Positions 1 to 11,733 are shown, counted from the first letter of the stretch. The stretch is 32,000 nt of DNA from Wigglesworthia glossinidia endosymbiont of Glossina brevipalpis (GCA_000008885.1 BA000021.3:540001-572000); one strand, 5' to 3'. A program made the numbers and translations. Notes: generated from the sequence alone by a model not told the origin.

Positions 1-654
1 GGATTATTTGATAATTTAAATTATTTTAACGTTAAATTAATAGGAGGAGACTTAAATAAAGGTCCATTAAGTATTACTATCACAGCATGTGGAACAATTC
101 CAAAAAAAAAAATAAAAATGACTCGTTCTGGAGCTAAAATAAATGATTTGATTTATATTACTGGAACTTTAGGAGATAGTGCAGCTGGTCTTGCTATTTT
201 AATGAAAAATCTTAAAATAAACAATACAAACAGCAAAAAATATTTATTAAAACGTCATTTCAGACCTTCTCCAAGAATAAGAGAAGGTATAATGTTAAGT
301 AATTTTGCTAATTCAGCATGTGATATATCTGACGGAATTTTAATCGATTTAAAAAAAATACTTTCTTGTAGTAATTGTGGGGCTAATATTTATATAGATA
401 GAATTCCAATGTCCAATCATTTATTAAATAATGTTGAATATAAAAAAGCAATAAATTTCGCATTAAATGGCGGAGAAGACTATGAATTATGCGTCACTGT
501 TCCTATAAAAAAATATTACGAATTTAATTCTATGATAAAAAAAAATAAGATTTTTATTACATACATAGGAAATATTTGTTCAAAAAAAGTAGGATTGAAA
601 TTAATAGGAGATGTTGACATAATAAAAAAATCTGAAGGATATAAACATTTTTAA
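1..654 (+). CDS. thiL: Thiamine-monophosphate kinase, 5'-truncated by window edge
   Basis: Frame 1 is open from base 1: GLFDNLNYFNVKLIGGDLNKGPLSITITACGTIPKKKIKMTRSGAKINDLIYITGTLGDSAAGLAIL; typical ThiL motifs (GGDxxxGPLSITIT, RSGAKxxDxIYxTGxLGDSAAGL). The tracked ORF at 118 starts at an internal Met. Followed by pgpA as in enterics. Confidence 0.93.
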   Translation, partial: GLFDNLNYFNVKLIGGDLNKGPLSITITACGTIPKKKIKMTRSGAKINDLIYITGTLGDSAAGLAILMKNLKINNTNSKKYLLKRHFRPSPRIREGIMLSNFANSACDISDGILIDLKKILSCSNCGANIYIDRIPMSNHLLNNVEYKKAINFALNGGEDYELCVTVPIKKYYEFNSMIKKNKIFITYIGNICSKKVGLKLIGDVDIIKKSEGYKHF

Positions 655-658
655 AATT

Positions 659-1159
659 ATGAAAAAAAATAGAAAATCTAAATTTTTTATTAATTTATTT
701 AACCCAATTAATATTATATCTACTTTTTTTGGAATCGGATTAATTCCGTATGTTTCTGGTACATTAGGATCTATTATTTCAATTATAATATGGTATTACT
801 CAAATAATATTTTTATAAAATATGAATGGATTTTTATCACCTTAGGAGTAATGCTAGGAATTTATTGTTGTGAAAAAACTTCTTTATACATAAAACATCA
901 TGATCATTATTGTATTATTTTTGATGAAATAGTAGGTATGTGGATAGTTTTGTTAAATTGTTCTATAAATGATTACAAATCTATAATATTAGGATTATTT
1001 TTTTTTAGAATATTTGATATTATAAAGCCTTGGCCAATTAATTGGATTAATAAAAACATTTTAAATGGATTTGGAATAATATTAGATGACTTATTAGCCG
1101 GGATTTATTCGTTAATAATGCTTTTTATTTATAATGCAATATTATTGTTTAATATGTAA
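659..1159 (+). CDS. pgpA: Phosphatidylglycerophosphatase A
   Basis: 166 aa; GTLGS..., DEIVGMW..., FRxFDIxKPWPI motifs; directly downstream of thiL. Confidence 0.92.
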   Translation: MKKNRKSKFFINLFNPINIISTFFGIGLIPYVSGTLGSIISIIIWYYSNNIFIKYEWIFITLGVMLGIYCCEKTSLYIKHHDHYCIIFDEIVGMWIVLLNCSINDYKSIILGLFFFRIFDIIKPWPINWINKNILNGFGIILDDLLAGIYSLIMLFIYNAILLFNM

Positions 1160-1394
1160 ATATAAATTTTTATTTAAAATATTTTATTTAAAAAAAAGAT
1201 TTTAATATATTACATAATAATAAATTTTTATTTTTCTAAAACTCTAAAAAATATTAGATACTATAATTTTATATATTAAAAAATTGAATAATAAAAATTT
1301 TTTATGATAAAATAAAAATAATAATTTAAATTTAAATTATTATTTTTATTTTTGAAAAACGGTTACATATAATATATTGAATATGGAGTAGCCG

Positions 1395-2198
1395 ATGAAA
1401 TATATAATTAATTCATTAGTTATTTTTGATACAATTGAATATAATCTAAGCTTATTTAAAAAAAAAAACAAACATATCAAATTATCACATTCTGCTGGAA
1501 GAGTTTTAGAAGAACTTATTAAATTTCATAAAAATTCTTCTCCAATATCAAGGGAATATCTTTTTAAGAATATTTGGATAATACATGGATTACAACCATC
1601 TAATGGAAATTTGAATCAACAAATTAGTTTAATAAGAAAAGGTTTAAAACATCTTGGATTAAACTCTTCAGTTATAGTAACAATTCCAAAAAAAGGTTTA
1701 AAATTAAATGATAAATTAAAGATAAAAAAGTTAGAAAAAAATAATGCAAAAGATTTCATAATAGATGAAATTAGTTCTTCTTTTAAGAAAAGAACTTTAT
1801 TTAATTTATCAAGAATAAATTTTAAATATAAAATTATTTTCTCTTTAATATCTTTTATAATATTATTTATCTTTTTTAGCATGTTTTATTCTTTTAAATA
1901 CAAAAATAACTTAAATCAAAAATTATATTTCTTTGATCAAGTAAATTCTTGCAAGGTATACACATTTCATCCTATTTCTATTTTAGAAAAAAAAGAATAC
2001 GACATTAAAGTTGCAGCAGCTTTTGAAGAAAATGATTATAAATGCAAAAAAAATTATATTGTAATAATATCAAAATTTGTTGTATCAGACGATAACTTAA
2101 TGAAAGAAGATAAAAAAACGAACACTTTTATAGAAAAGTGTTTCAGGGATAAAAATGAAAGAATTCTAAATTGTTTAAATTTATTTTTTGTAAGTTAA
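1395..2198 (+). CDS. Membrane-anchored ToxR/CadC-like winged-helix transcriptional regulator
   Basis: 267 aa: N-terminal OmpR-type wHTH (LSHSAGRVLEELIKFHKNSSPISREYLFKNIW...NGNLNQQISLIRKGLKHLG...VIVTIPKKGLKL), one central TM (YKIIFSLISFIILFIFFSMFYSF), C-terminal domain with several Cys. AGGAG-like site (tggag) shortly before the ATG. Confidence 0.75.
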   Translation: MKYIINSLVIFDTIEYNLSLFKKKNKHIKLSHSAGRVLEELIKFHKNSSPISREYLFKNIWIIHGLQPSNGNLNQQISLIRKGLKHLGLNSSVIVTIPKKGLKLNDKLKIKKLEKNNAKDFIIDEISSSFKKRTLFNLSRINFKYKIIFSLISFIILFIFFSMFYSFKYKNNLNQKLYFFDQVNSCKVYTFHPISILEKKEYDIKVAAAFEENDYKCKKNYIVIISKFVVSDDNLMKEDKKTNTFIEKCFRDKNERILNCLNLFFVS

Positions 2199-2226
2199 AA
2201 TATAATTTATTTAAAGATCAAGTAAA

Positions 2227-2299
2227 TGGCCCTTGCTGGATTTGAACCAGCGACCAAGCGATTATGAGTCGCCTGCTCTTACCTCTGAGCTAAAGGGCC
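2227..2299 (-). tRNA. ileX: tRNA-Ile (CAU anticodon, ileX-type, lysidine-requiring)
   Basis: Minus strand GGCCCTTTAGCTCAGAGGTAAGAGCAGGCGACTCATAATCGCTTGGTCGCTGGTTCAAATCCAGCAAGGGCCA: complete cloverleaf, CTCATAA anticodon loop, closely matches enteric tRNA-Ile2; adjacent to rpoD as in E. coli. No encoded CCA. Confidence 0.93.
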
Positions 2300-2373
2300 T
2301 GAATAAAATAAACTTTAATTATATCAAATATATATTTTTTTTCAAAAATATATTTTTTTAAAATCACAATTAA

Positions 2374-4179
2374 TTAATCGTCTAAAAAGCTACGCAAAAT
2401 TTCAGAACGACTTGGATGACGTAATTTTCTTAAAGCTTTTGCTTCAATTTGTCTAATTCTTTCTCTTGTTACATCAAATTGTTTTCCTACTTCTTCTAAA
2501 GTATGATCAGTGCTCATATCAATTCCAAATCTCATTTTCAATACTTTTGCTTCTCTTGCTGTTAAACCAGACAATACATCATGAGTAGCGGATCGCAAAC
2601 TTTCTGATGTAGCAGAATCAAGAGGTAAATCTAAAGATGTATCTTCTAAAAAATCTCCTAAATGTGAATCTTCGTCATCTCCTATTGGAGTTTCCATAGA
2701 TATTGGTTCTTTTGCTATTTTAAGAACTTTTCTTATTTTATCTTCTGGTATTAACATTTTTTCTGACAGTTCTTCTGGAGTAGGTTCTCTTCCTATTTCT
2801 TGTAGCATTTGCCTAGATATTCTATTTAATTTATTTATTGTTTCAATCATATGAACTGGTATTCTGATAGTTCTAGCTTGATCTGCAATAGATCTGGTAA
2901 TTGCTTGTCTAATCCACCATGTTGCATATGTAGAAAATTTATAACCCCTTCTGTATTCGAATTTATCTACAGCTTTCATTAGACCTATATTTCCTTCTTG
3001 TATTAAATCTAAAAACTGCAATCCTCTATTGGTGTATTTTTTAGCTATAGATATTACTAATCTTAAATTTGCTTCAACCATTTCTTTTTTAGCTCTTTTA
3101 GCTTTTGCCTCTCCAATAGACATTCTTTTATTTATATCTTTTGCTTGTTCTATAGTTATTCCTGAATTAATTTCTATTATTTTTAATTTATTTAATATCA
3201 GACATATAGGTTTATTCAATTTATAAAGTTTTCTAGACCAAGGTTTATCTAAAGATAAAGCTTTTTTCAACCAAACATCATTTGTTTCATTTCCAGAAAA
3301 CAAAGAAATAAAAAATTTTTTAGGCATTTTGCATATATTAACGCATATTCTCATGATTCTTCTTTCATAAAACCTAATTTTTTCTATTTCTGACCTTATT
3401 ATAAATACTAAATAATCAAATTGTTTTGGAACTAATCTAAATTGTTTAAATATATCTGCAAGATAAATTATTTCTTTAATAGAAAATTCATGCATTCTTC
3501 CATATTCTTTTATAGTATTAAACGATATTTTATATTGTTCTTGTAATTCAATAAATCTTTTATTAGCCAATTCTTTATCTATATCAATTTCTTCTGAAGT
3601 GTTGTTTTCCTCTTCGCTAGAAATATCTTCCGTATTTAAATCAATATTGGAAGAGTCAACTACTATGTTCGGATCAACAAAACCAGTAATTAATTCTGAT
3701 AATTTTGATTCACCTGTAGTGGTTTTTTTGTATTGATCTAAAAGATAAATAATTGCTTTTGGATATTCTACAATCGCACATTGAATTTGATTTATTCCAT
3801 ATTCTATGCGTTTAGCAAGATCTATTTCGCCTTCTCTTGTCAATAGCTGTACACTTCCCATTTCTCTCATGTACATTCTAACCGGATCTGTAGTTTTTCC
3901 AAATTCTGATTCTACATTTGATAAAACCTGAGCGGCTGCTTCAGCTACATCTTCGTCTGAATTATTATTAGAATCTGGAAGCAATAAGTTTTCTGAATTT
4001 GGAGCTTCATCCATAACTTGTATTCCCATATCATTTATCATTTGAATGATATCTTCTATTTGATGGGAATCAATAATATTTTCTGGTAAAAAATCATTTA
4101 CTTCGGAAAAAGTCAAGTAGCCCTGTTCTTTACCACGAGTTACTAGTAGTTTAAGTTGTGACTGTTGATTTTTTTCCAT
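2374..4179 (-). CDS. rpoD: RNA polymerase primary sigma factor (sigma-70)
   Basis: 601 aa; [22 protein letters not shown], region 2 ([23 protein letters not shown]), region 4 ([13 protein letters not shown]..., [22 protein letters not shown]). Confidence 0.98.
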   Translation of the reverse strand: MEKNQQSQLKLLVTRGKEQGYLTFSEVNDFLPENIIDSHQIEDIIQMINDMGIQVMDEAPNSENLLLPDSNNNSDEDVAEAAAQVLSNVESEFGKTTDPVRMYMREMGSVQLLTREGEIDLAKRIEYGINQIQCAIVEYPKAIIYLLDQYKKTTTGESKLSELITGFVDPNIVVDSSNIDLNTEDISSEEENNTSEEIDIDKELANKRFIELQEQYKISFNTIKEYGRMHEFSIKEIIYLADIFKQFRLVPKQFDYLVFIIRSEIEKIRFYERRIMRICVNICKMPKKFFISLFSGNETNDVWLKKALSLDKPWSRKLYKLNKPICLILNKLKIIEINSGITIEQAKDINKRMSIGEAKAKRAKKEMVEANLRLVISIAKKYTNRGLQFLDLIQEGNIGLMKAVDKFEYRRGYKFSTYATWWIRQAITRSIADQARTIRIPVHMIETINKLNRISRQMLQEIGREPTPEELSEKMLIPEDKIRKVLKIAKEPISMETPIGDDEDSHLGDFLEDTSLDLPLDSATSESLRSATHDVLSGLTAREAKVLKMRFGIDMSTDHTLEEVGKQFDVTRERIRQIEAKALRKLRHPSRSEILRSFLDD

Positions 4180-4258
4180 AAAAAATAAATAACCTCAAGT
4201 GATATATTATAAATCTATTAAATTATATTTAAATAAAAAAAGTTCTATTTAAAAATTT

Positions 4259-6007
4259 TTATTTTTTTGATAATTTTTTGTTTATACACCATAGTTCTTT
4301 TTTTTCTTCAACGCTTAAATCTTGAATTCTAGCACGAGAAATTAGAATATTTTGTCGTGAAACTAATATTATTTTATATAAACTTGATAAGGTTTCAATG
4401 AATATCTGTTTTATTAAATTTTCTGAAATCATATGATCCCAAATTGCTAAATTTTCAAGATGATTATGATATTTTTTCCCTCTATAATGTTCAAGTATTT
4501 GACTTGTATTTATATTAGTATTATTTTTACATATTTTAATTAATTCTATAAAAAATGGAATTTCTTTTATTCTAATATTATATAATTTTATTTCATTTTT
4601 TTTAGATATTAATTTTGATAATTTAGGATTTTGAATCAATAATCCAATTAGAGTATTCATAATATTGTTTTTATATTTTATTTGTTTATTTTTTTTATAT
4701 TTTATTTCTTTTAAAGATAAAAATTTTTCTAATTGGTAATCTTCTAGTATTCCTATTTTATAGCCTATTTCTTTTCTAATATATAATCGTAAATTTTTTC
4801 CTGGAATTTTTTTTATTATAGGTAAAATTAATTTTATAAATTTTACTTTTCCGTCTAAATGATATAAATTAGATTTCTTTATCAAAGTATCAAATAAAAA
4901 AGATGACATTGGTTTTGCATCTTCAATAAGAATTTCAAATGATTTTTTTCCTATTTTTCTTATTAAAGAATCAGGATCTTCGTTGTTTGGAAGAAATATA
5001 AAAAAAATTTCTCTTCCATCTTCAAGGTAAGACAATGAATTTATCAATGTTTTCCATGCAGATCTTCTACCAGCGGAATCTCCGTCATAACAACAAATAA
5101 TTTTATTTGTTAATCTAAAAATTATTTTTATTTGAAAAGGTGTTGTGCATCCTAAAGAAGCTACAGAATAATAAATTCCATATTGGGATAAAGAAATAAC
5201 GTCAAAATATCCTTCTACTAAAAGTATTTTTAATATTTTTATTTTTCTTTTTTTTATTTCATAAATTCCATACAAATAATTACTTTTTTTAAATATTAAT
5301 GTTTCTTTAGAATTTAAATATTTTGGAAAAAAATTATTTATAGATCTTCCTCCAAAGGCAATAACGTTTCCGTATTTATCTTTCATTGGAATCATTATTC
5401 TATTTTTAAATATATTGCTTAATTTTTTTTTTTCATTTATTAAAAAAATTCCAGAAGATTTTAATAAATAAAAATTTTGTAAAGATTGTTTTAAATAATT
5501 TAAAATATTAATATTTATACTAGAAAAACCAATAGAAAATTCTTCTATAGAATCAATATTCAAACCACGATTATTTAAATAATCGTTCGCTTCAATAAAA
5601 ATCTTTGAATTTAATATTTTTTTATATATCATGCTTACTTGGTTCATAAGTTTATATATATCACTTCTTTTTTTTAACTCTTCGTTGTTTATAATTTTTT
5701 TTGATTGTGCTTTTTTAAAAGCAAACCCTGCAATATTAGATAATTCTTCTATTGATTCTATAAAAGTTAAATTATTGTAATTCATTAAGAAATCAATTGC
5801 ATTTCCATGAATGCCACAACCAAAACAATGAAAAAACTGTTTTTCGTAACTTACAGAAAATGAAGGTGTTTTCTCTTGATGAAACGGACAGAGCGCGAAA
5901 TAATTTTTTCCTGATTTTTTTAAATTAATTATTGAACTAATCAGTTCAATTATGTTTATATTTTCTAACAATCTATTAATAAATAAATTTGAAATATAAG
6001 CATTCAT
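4259..6007 (-). CDS. dnaG: DNA primase
   Basis: 582 aa; CHC2 zinc finger CPFHQEKTPSFSVSYEKQFFHCFGCG, TOPRIM VEGYFDVISL and CCYDGDSAGRRSAWKT; in the rpsU-dnaG-rpoD block. Confidence 0.96.
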   Translation of the reverse strand: MNAYISNLFINRLLENINIIELISSIINLKKSGKNYFALCPFHQEKTPSFSVSYEKQFFHCFGCGIHGNAIDFLMNYNNLTFIESIEELSNIAGFAFKKAQSKKIINNEELKKRSDIYKLMNQVSMIYKKILNSKIFIEANDYLNNRGLNIDSIEEFSIGFSSININILNYLKQSLQNFYLLKSSGIFLINEKKKLSNIFKNRIMIPMKDKYGNVIAFGGRSINNFFPKYLNSKETLIFKKSNYLYGIYEIKKRKIKILKILLVEGYFDVISLSQYGIYYSVASLGCTTPFQIKIIFRLTNKIICCYDGDSAGRRSAWKTLINSLSYLEDGREIFFIFLPNNEDPDSLIRKIGKKSFEILIEDAKPMSSFLFDTLIKKSNLYHLDGKVKFIKLILPIIKKIPGKNLRLYIRKEIGYKIGILEDYQLEKFLSLKEIKYKKNKQIKYKNNIMNTLIGLLIQNPKLSKLISKKNEIKLYNIRIKEIPFFIELIKICKNNTNINTSQILEHYRGKKYHNHLENLAIWDHMISENLIKQIFIETLSSLYKIILVSRQNILISRARIQDLSVEEKKELWCINKKLSKK

Positions 6008-6066
6008 ATAACTTTTAAAAATTTTATTTTTATAAATTCATATTTATTTATTATTATCAATAATAA

Positions 6067-6282
6067 TTAATAAAATTTAGTTTTTTTTAAATTTTCTCTA
6101 GCCATTTTTTTTGCATGCCTCTTTATAGCAGAAGCTTTAGCTCTTTTTCTCTCAGTGGTGGGTTTTTCATAAAATTCTCTACGTCTTACTTCTGATAAAA
6201 TCCCAGCTTTTTCGCAAGATCTTTTGAATCTTCTCAACGCTACATCAAATGGTTCATTTTCTCTTATTTTAATAATTGGCAT
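6067..6282 (-). CDS. rpsU: 30S ribosomal protein S21
   Basis: [71 protein letters not shown]. The tracked start at 6294 adds MENK; the conserved start is the Met at 6282. Confidence 0.97.
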   Translation of the reverse strand: MPIIKIRENEPFDVALRRFKRSCEKAGILSEVRRREFYEKPTTERKRAKASAIKRHAKKMARENLKKTKFY

Positions 6283-6460
6283 TTTATTCTCCAATATTGT
6301 TATTAATTTTATTATATAAAATAATATTTATAAAAATTTTTGATAAAAAATTATTTTTTAATATATTACTTTAATATAAATTATACTAAAATAACAGTTA
6401 AACTTTTAATATTTTAAATAAAAATTTATAATTTAAAAATAAATATAATTTTAATATTTT

Positions 6461-7483
6461 ATGTTAATCCTAGGAATAGAAACATCTTGTGATGATACTG
6501 GAGCTGCAATTTATGATTTAGAAAAAGGACTAATTATACATAAAGTAATTAGCCAAAATAATATACATTCAAAATATGGAGGAGTAGTACCAGAAAAATC
6601 ATCTAAATATCATTTAAAAAACATACAACCTTTAGTTGAAAATATTTTCAAGAATTCTAATATATCTTTGTCTAAAATAGATGGAATAGCATACACTGCC
6701 GGTCCAGGTTTGGTTGGATCTTTAATAATAGGTGCAACATTTGCTTGTTCTTTAGCTTATACATTGCAAATACCATCAATAGCAATAAATCATTTAGAAG
6801 GTCATTTATTAACTCCAATGATAAAATATAAACGTCCAAAATTTCCTTTTTTGGGGTTAATTATTTCAGGAGCACATACTCAATTTGTATTAGCCGAAGA
6901 TATTGGGAAATATAAAATAATTGGAGATTGCTTAGATGACGCTTTAGGAGAAGCTTTTGACAAAGTAGCAAAATTATTAGGAATTAAATATCCAGGTGGA
7001 AAAAAGTTATCAATTATAGCAAAACAGGGGAATTCTAAAAGGTTTTTTTTTCCTAGACCTATGACAAAAAAACCAGGAATAAATTTTAGTTTTTCTGGAT
7101 TAAAAACTTATGCTAAAAATCTTGTATCTTCTTTTTCAAAAATAGATAATCAAACAAAATGCGATATAGCTCGTGCATTTGAAGATTCTATAATTGATAC
7201 TGTTATTATTAAATGCAAAAGAGCTTTGGATATAACTAATTCTAAAATATTGTTAATATCTGGAGGAGTTAGCGCAAATGAACCATTAAGAAAAAATTTA
7301 AGAAATTTAATGAAATCAAGAAATGGAAAATTATTTTTTTCAAAAAAATCTTTATGCACTGACAATGCAGCAATGATAGCTTATGTTGGTTCTATAAGAT
7401 TTAAAAAAAATAAAACAAAAGATCTATCAGTATTAATTAATCCTAAATGGTCATTAGAAGATATTTCACGACTTGAAAATTAA
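6461..7483 (+). CDS. tsaD: tRNA N6-adenosine threonylcarbamoyltransferase
   Basis: 340 aa; MLILGIETSCDDTGAAIYD, SxKYGGVVPE, HLEGH, SGAHTQFVLAED, SGGVSANEPLRKNL; divergent from rpsU as in E. coli. Confidence 0.96.
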   Translation: MLILGIETSCDDTGAAIYDLEKGLIIHKVISQNNIHSKYGGVVPEKSSKYHLKNIQPLVENIFKNSNISLSKIDGIAYTAGPGLVGSLIIGATFACSLAYTLQIPSIAINHLEGHLLTPMIKYKRPKFPFLGLIISGAHTQFVLAEDIGKYKIIGDCLDDALGEAFDKVAKLLGIKYPGGKKLSIIAKQGNSKRFFFPRPMTKKPGINFSFSGLKTYAKNLVSSFSKIDNQTKCDIARAFEDSIIDTVIIKCKRALDITNSKILLISGGVSANEPLRKNLRNLMKSRNGKLFFSKKSLCTDNAAMIAYVGSIRFKKNKTKDLSVLINPKWSLEDISRLEN

Positions 7484-7486
7484 AAT

Positions 7487-7846
7487 ATGAATACTTTATT
7501 TATTAATAAATTATGTGTTATGACTTCAGTTGGAATTCATAAATGGGAAAAATCTATTTTACAAAAAATATTGTTAGATATTAAAATAAAATTAGATATA
7601 AAAAAAAATTTTTATTTAGATGATATAAGATATTCTATAGATTATACTAAAGTTCATAAAGAAGTTATTAATTTAATACAAAAAAAACATTTTAACTTGA
7701 TAGAAACAATAGCAATTGAATTATCAGATATGATAATAGATAAATTTTTAGTTAGCTATGTGAAAATAAAAATAACTAAACCTTCTGCGATACCAGAGGC
7801 GTTAAATGTAGGAATTATTATTGAAAAATATTTAAAGTCAAAATAA
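7487..7846 (+). CDS. folB: Dihydroneopterin aldolase
   Basis: 119 aa; VGIHKWEK...SIDYTKVHKEVINLI...FNLIETIAIELSDMI, typical FolB; next to uppP. Confidence 0.9.
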   Translation: MNTLFINKLCVMTSVGIHKWEKSILQKILLDIKIKLDIKKNFYLDDIRYSIDYTKVHKEVINLIQKKHFNLIETIAIELSDMIIDKFLVSYVKIKITKPSAIPEALNVGIIIEKYLKSK

Positions 7847-7878
7847 ATAATACTAAATAAAATAAATTTGGAATTATA

Positions 7879-8682
7879 ATGAAAGAGATTCTAATTATTA
7901 TTATTTTAGGAATAGTTGAAGGAATAACGGAGTTTTTTCCAATTTCTTCAAATGGTCATTTAATATTAATTAATTATATATTTAATATAGACAAAGAAAA
8001 CATACAAAATATAATAAAAATTATACAAATCGGTCCAATTTTTTCTATAATCCTTTTGTTTAAAGAAAAAATAAAAAAAAGCATTACTTTTTTTTATTTT
8101 AATATTAATAATATAAAAAAAAAATTAATATTAATTTTATTTAATTTAGTATTAAGTTGTATTCCTATATCAATTTTAGGATTTATGTTTTATAAAAAAT
8201 TAGAAGAATTTTATTCTCCTAAATATATTTCTTATTTTTTAATATTAGGCTCTATTTTTTTTATTTTATCAGAATTTATAAGTTTAAAAAAAATTAAAAT
8301 TGATAATTTTAAAAAAATAAGTTTTTTAAAATATTTTATTATTGGATCTTCTCAATGTTTTTCATTATTACCTGGAGTTTCTAGATTAGGAATAACAATT
8401 TCTATTGGATTAATTTTAAATATTGATAGATATGTATTGTTTAAATTTTCTATGATTTTATTTTCTTCAATAATGCCAGCAGTGCTTATTTTGGAAGTAT
8501 ATAAAAATTTTTTTTATTTAAAAGAAAATATTTTTTTTGTTATTATTGGTGTAATGTCTTCTTTTTTAACTTCATTGATTTTTGGAAGAACAGCTATTAA
8601 AATAATGAAAAATACATCTTTAATAATTTTTGCAATATATAGAATATTTATTGCATGTATTATACTTTTTACATGTAATTAA
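7879..8682 (+). CDS. uppP: Undecaprenyl-diphosphatase
   Basis: 267 aa; GIVEGITEFFPISSNGHLILI and GSSQCFSLLPGVSRLGITISIG active-site motifs. Confidence 0.95.
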   Translation: MKEILIIIILGIVEGITEFFPISSNGHLILINYIFNIDKENIQNIIKIIQIGPIFSIILLFKEKIKKSITFFYFNINNIKKKLILILFNLVLSCIPISILGFMFYKKLEEFYSPKYISYFLILGSIFFILSEFISLKKIKIDNFKKISFLKYFIIGSSQCFSLLPGVSRLGITISIGLILNIDRYVLFKFSMILFSSIMPAVLILEVYKNFFYLKENIFFVIIGVMSSFLTSLIFGRTAIKIMKNTSLIIFAIYRIFIACIILFTCN

Positions 8683-9860
8683 AATAAACCAGAAGCATAT
8701 TTAATAATAAATTTTTTTATTAAATTAGAGCATTCTACAGAATGTAAAGCTAAATTTCTTATTTTTTTAATAATCCATATATCATTAGAAAATAATAAAC
8801 GAAATAAGTCTATATTAAATTGCATAATAGTGTTATAAGTTTTGCAATTATTTTCATACTTTTTTAAAGTATTTAATTCATACCAATTTTTCTTTGTGCA
8901 TTTAGATTCAATTAATACATCAGAAAGTTGTTTTACGTCTCTGAAACCTAAGTTTCCTCCTTGTCCAGCTAAAGGATGTATAGTATGAACAGCATCGCCT
9001 AAAAGAGCTAACCCTTGTTTAACGTACTGATATCCATATAAAAAAGTCAAAGGTACTATTTCTTTTTTGTGTAAAGTGACTGGACCTAATCTTTTTGGAA
9101 ATTTAGACATAATCAATTTTTCTATTAAATTAAAAGACATATTGTTTATTTCATGTAAATATTCTGTTAAATCATACCAAATTAATAATGCCCAATCATC
9201 ATATAAAGGCAAATATGCTTTTGGACCATTTAAATCTATAGATTGCCATACAGTATAATTTTTTTTAGTTCTAATTTTTACAATAAACAACATGCAAGAC
9301 TGACTATAATTAAATTTTATAAAAGGAATTCCAGATTTTTTTCTTACCCAAGAATTTTTTCCATCTGCTCCAATTATCAAATTACTAAATATATATTTTC
9401 CATTATTTAATATAATTTTCCATACTTTTTTTATATCATCATAATACATATTTCTTATTCCTATGGAATTTTTTATTATAAATTTTTTGTACTTATTTTC
9501 AGTCTCAATCAAAGCTTTGTTCAATCTATGATTTTCTATGATATAACCTAATCCAGATAAATCTATTGAATCAGAACAAAACTTAACAGGAAAAAAAGAA
9601 TTTTCCCAAGTTTCTATATATTTATATTTAGTGCAAAATTTCAGATCAATTTTATTCCATACGTCTATATCGTATAAAAATTTTATAGTAGAATAATTTA
9701 GAGCTAATATTTTAAAATCTGGTATTTCATCATATGAAAAACTTTTTTTGTTTTCTAATTCAATTAATTTTATTAAAAATCCATGTTTAGCTAATTTTAT
9801 AGATAAACTTTTTCCTAAAATTCCAGAGCCAATAATTACAATATCAAAAAATTTTTTCAT
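8679..9860 (-). CDS. ubiF: 2-octaprenyl-3-methyl-6-methoxy-1,4-benzoquinol hydroxylase (UbiF-like FAD monooxygenase)
   Basis: 393 aa; FDIVIIGSGILGKSLSIKLAKHG, AYLPLYDDWALLIWYD, YVKQGLALLGDAVHTIHPLAGQGGNLGFRDVKQLSDVL. Overlaps the uppP 3' end convergently by 4 nt. Confidence 0.85.
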   Translation of the reverse strand: MKKFFDIVIIGSGILGKSLSIKLAKHGFLIKLIELENKKSFSYDEIPDFKILALNYSTIKFLYDIDVWNKIDLKFCTKYKYIETWENSFFPVKFCSDSIDLSGLGYIIENHRLNKALIETENKYKKFIIKNSIGIRNMYYDDIKKVWKIILNNGKYIFSNLIIGADGKNSWVRKKSGIPFIKFNYSQSCMLFIVKIRTKKNYTVWQSIDLNGPKAYLPLYDDWALLIWYDLTEYLHEINNMSFNLIEKLIMSKFPKRLGPVTLHKKEIVPLTFLYGYQYVKQGLALLGDAVHTIHPLAGQGGNLGFRDVKQLSDVLIESKCTKKNWYELNTLKKYENNCKTYNTIMQFNIDLFRLLFSNDIWIIKKIRNLALHSVECSNLIKKFIIKYASGLF

Positions 9861-9912
9861 TTTTAAATTTTAAAAACTAAAAAATATAAAATAATTTATA
9901 AAAATATAATAT

Positions 9913-10959
<1,047 letters not shown>

Positions 10960-11027
10960 TTATTTAAAGTTTTTAAAAATTTAAATAAATAAAATGTATT
11001 TATTTTAAATAAAAATTTTTATAAAAG

Positions 11028-11291
11028 TTATTTGCATAAAATTTTTGGAATTATATTAATAAATTTTTTATTTTTCTTTTTTTTAAAAAAAACTATTCCT
11101 GATTTCAATGCATATAAGCTATAATCTTTTCCGCAACCCACATTTTTACCTGGATGAAATTTTGTACCTCTTTGTCTAACTATTATATTTCCTGGGTATG
11201 CTTTTTGTCCTCCAAAAAGTTTTACTCCAAGCCTTTTTCCAATAGAGTCTCTTCCATTTCTTGTAGATCCTCCGGCTTTTTTATGTGCCAT
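11028..11291 (-). CDS. rpmA: 50S ribosomal protein L27
   Basis: [62 protein letters not shown]. The tracked 5' end (11321) adds ten non-conserved residues. Confidence 0.96.
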   Translation of the reverse strand: MAHKKAGGSTRNGRDSIGKRLGVKLFGGQKAYPGNIIVRQRGTKFHPGKNVGCGKDYSLYALKSGIVFFKKKKNKKFINIIPKILCK

Positions 11292-11304
11292 ATTATTTCC
11301 TTTG

Positions 11305-11616
11305 TTAACAACAAATATCAATTATTTTTATATTGGTTAATTTTTGTCTATAACCTGTTATTTTTTTAAAATGCTTTCTTCTAGAGAACTTAACAATACT
11401 AATTTTTTTGCCATTAATATGTTTTTTAATTGTTGCAATTATTCTACTATTTTTTATAAAAGGTTGCCCAAATATAATTTTTTCATCATTAAATAATGCC
11501 ATAATTTTTTTTATCTCTATAGTGCTTCCTATATCTCCAGATATTTTATTTAAACAAACAACGCTTCCTGATTTTGCTTTATATTGAACACCATTTATTT
11601 TAAAAATTGCATACAT
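11305..11616 (-). CDS. rplU: 50S ribosomal protein L21
   Basis: 103 aa; [18 protein letters not shown]..., [35 protein letters not shown]; upstream of rpmA. Confidence 0.95.
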   Translation of the reverse strand: MYAIFKINGVQYKAKSGSVVCLNKISGDIGSTIEIKKIMALFNDEKIIFGQPFIKNSRIIATIKKHINGKKISIVKFSRRKHFKKITGYRQKLTNIKIIDICC

Positions 11617-11733
11617 ATCATAATCTTCCTTGATTAATTTTAGTTAAAAATTTTAATAAAAACAATATTATAATATATTTTTATTGATAAATTAAATAAT
11701 ATAAAAAATTAAATATATTTAAATTTTATAAAA

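Noticed and set aside
1616-1882. Antisense 88 aa ORF opposite the ToxR-like regulator
   Set aside because: Low-complexity reverse-frame translation of a real CDS; no family resemblance.
3029-3226. 65 aa ORF antisense to rpoD
   Set aside because: Shadow ORF inside a highly conserved gene.
7150-7365. 71 aa ORF antisense to tsaD
   Set aside because: Shadow ORF; no independent support.
9067-9258. 63 aa ORF antisense to ubiF
   Set aside because: Shadow ORF; no start context or homology signal.
11154-11369. 71 aa ORF antisense to rpmA
   Set aside because: Shadow of a conserved ribosomal protein gene.
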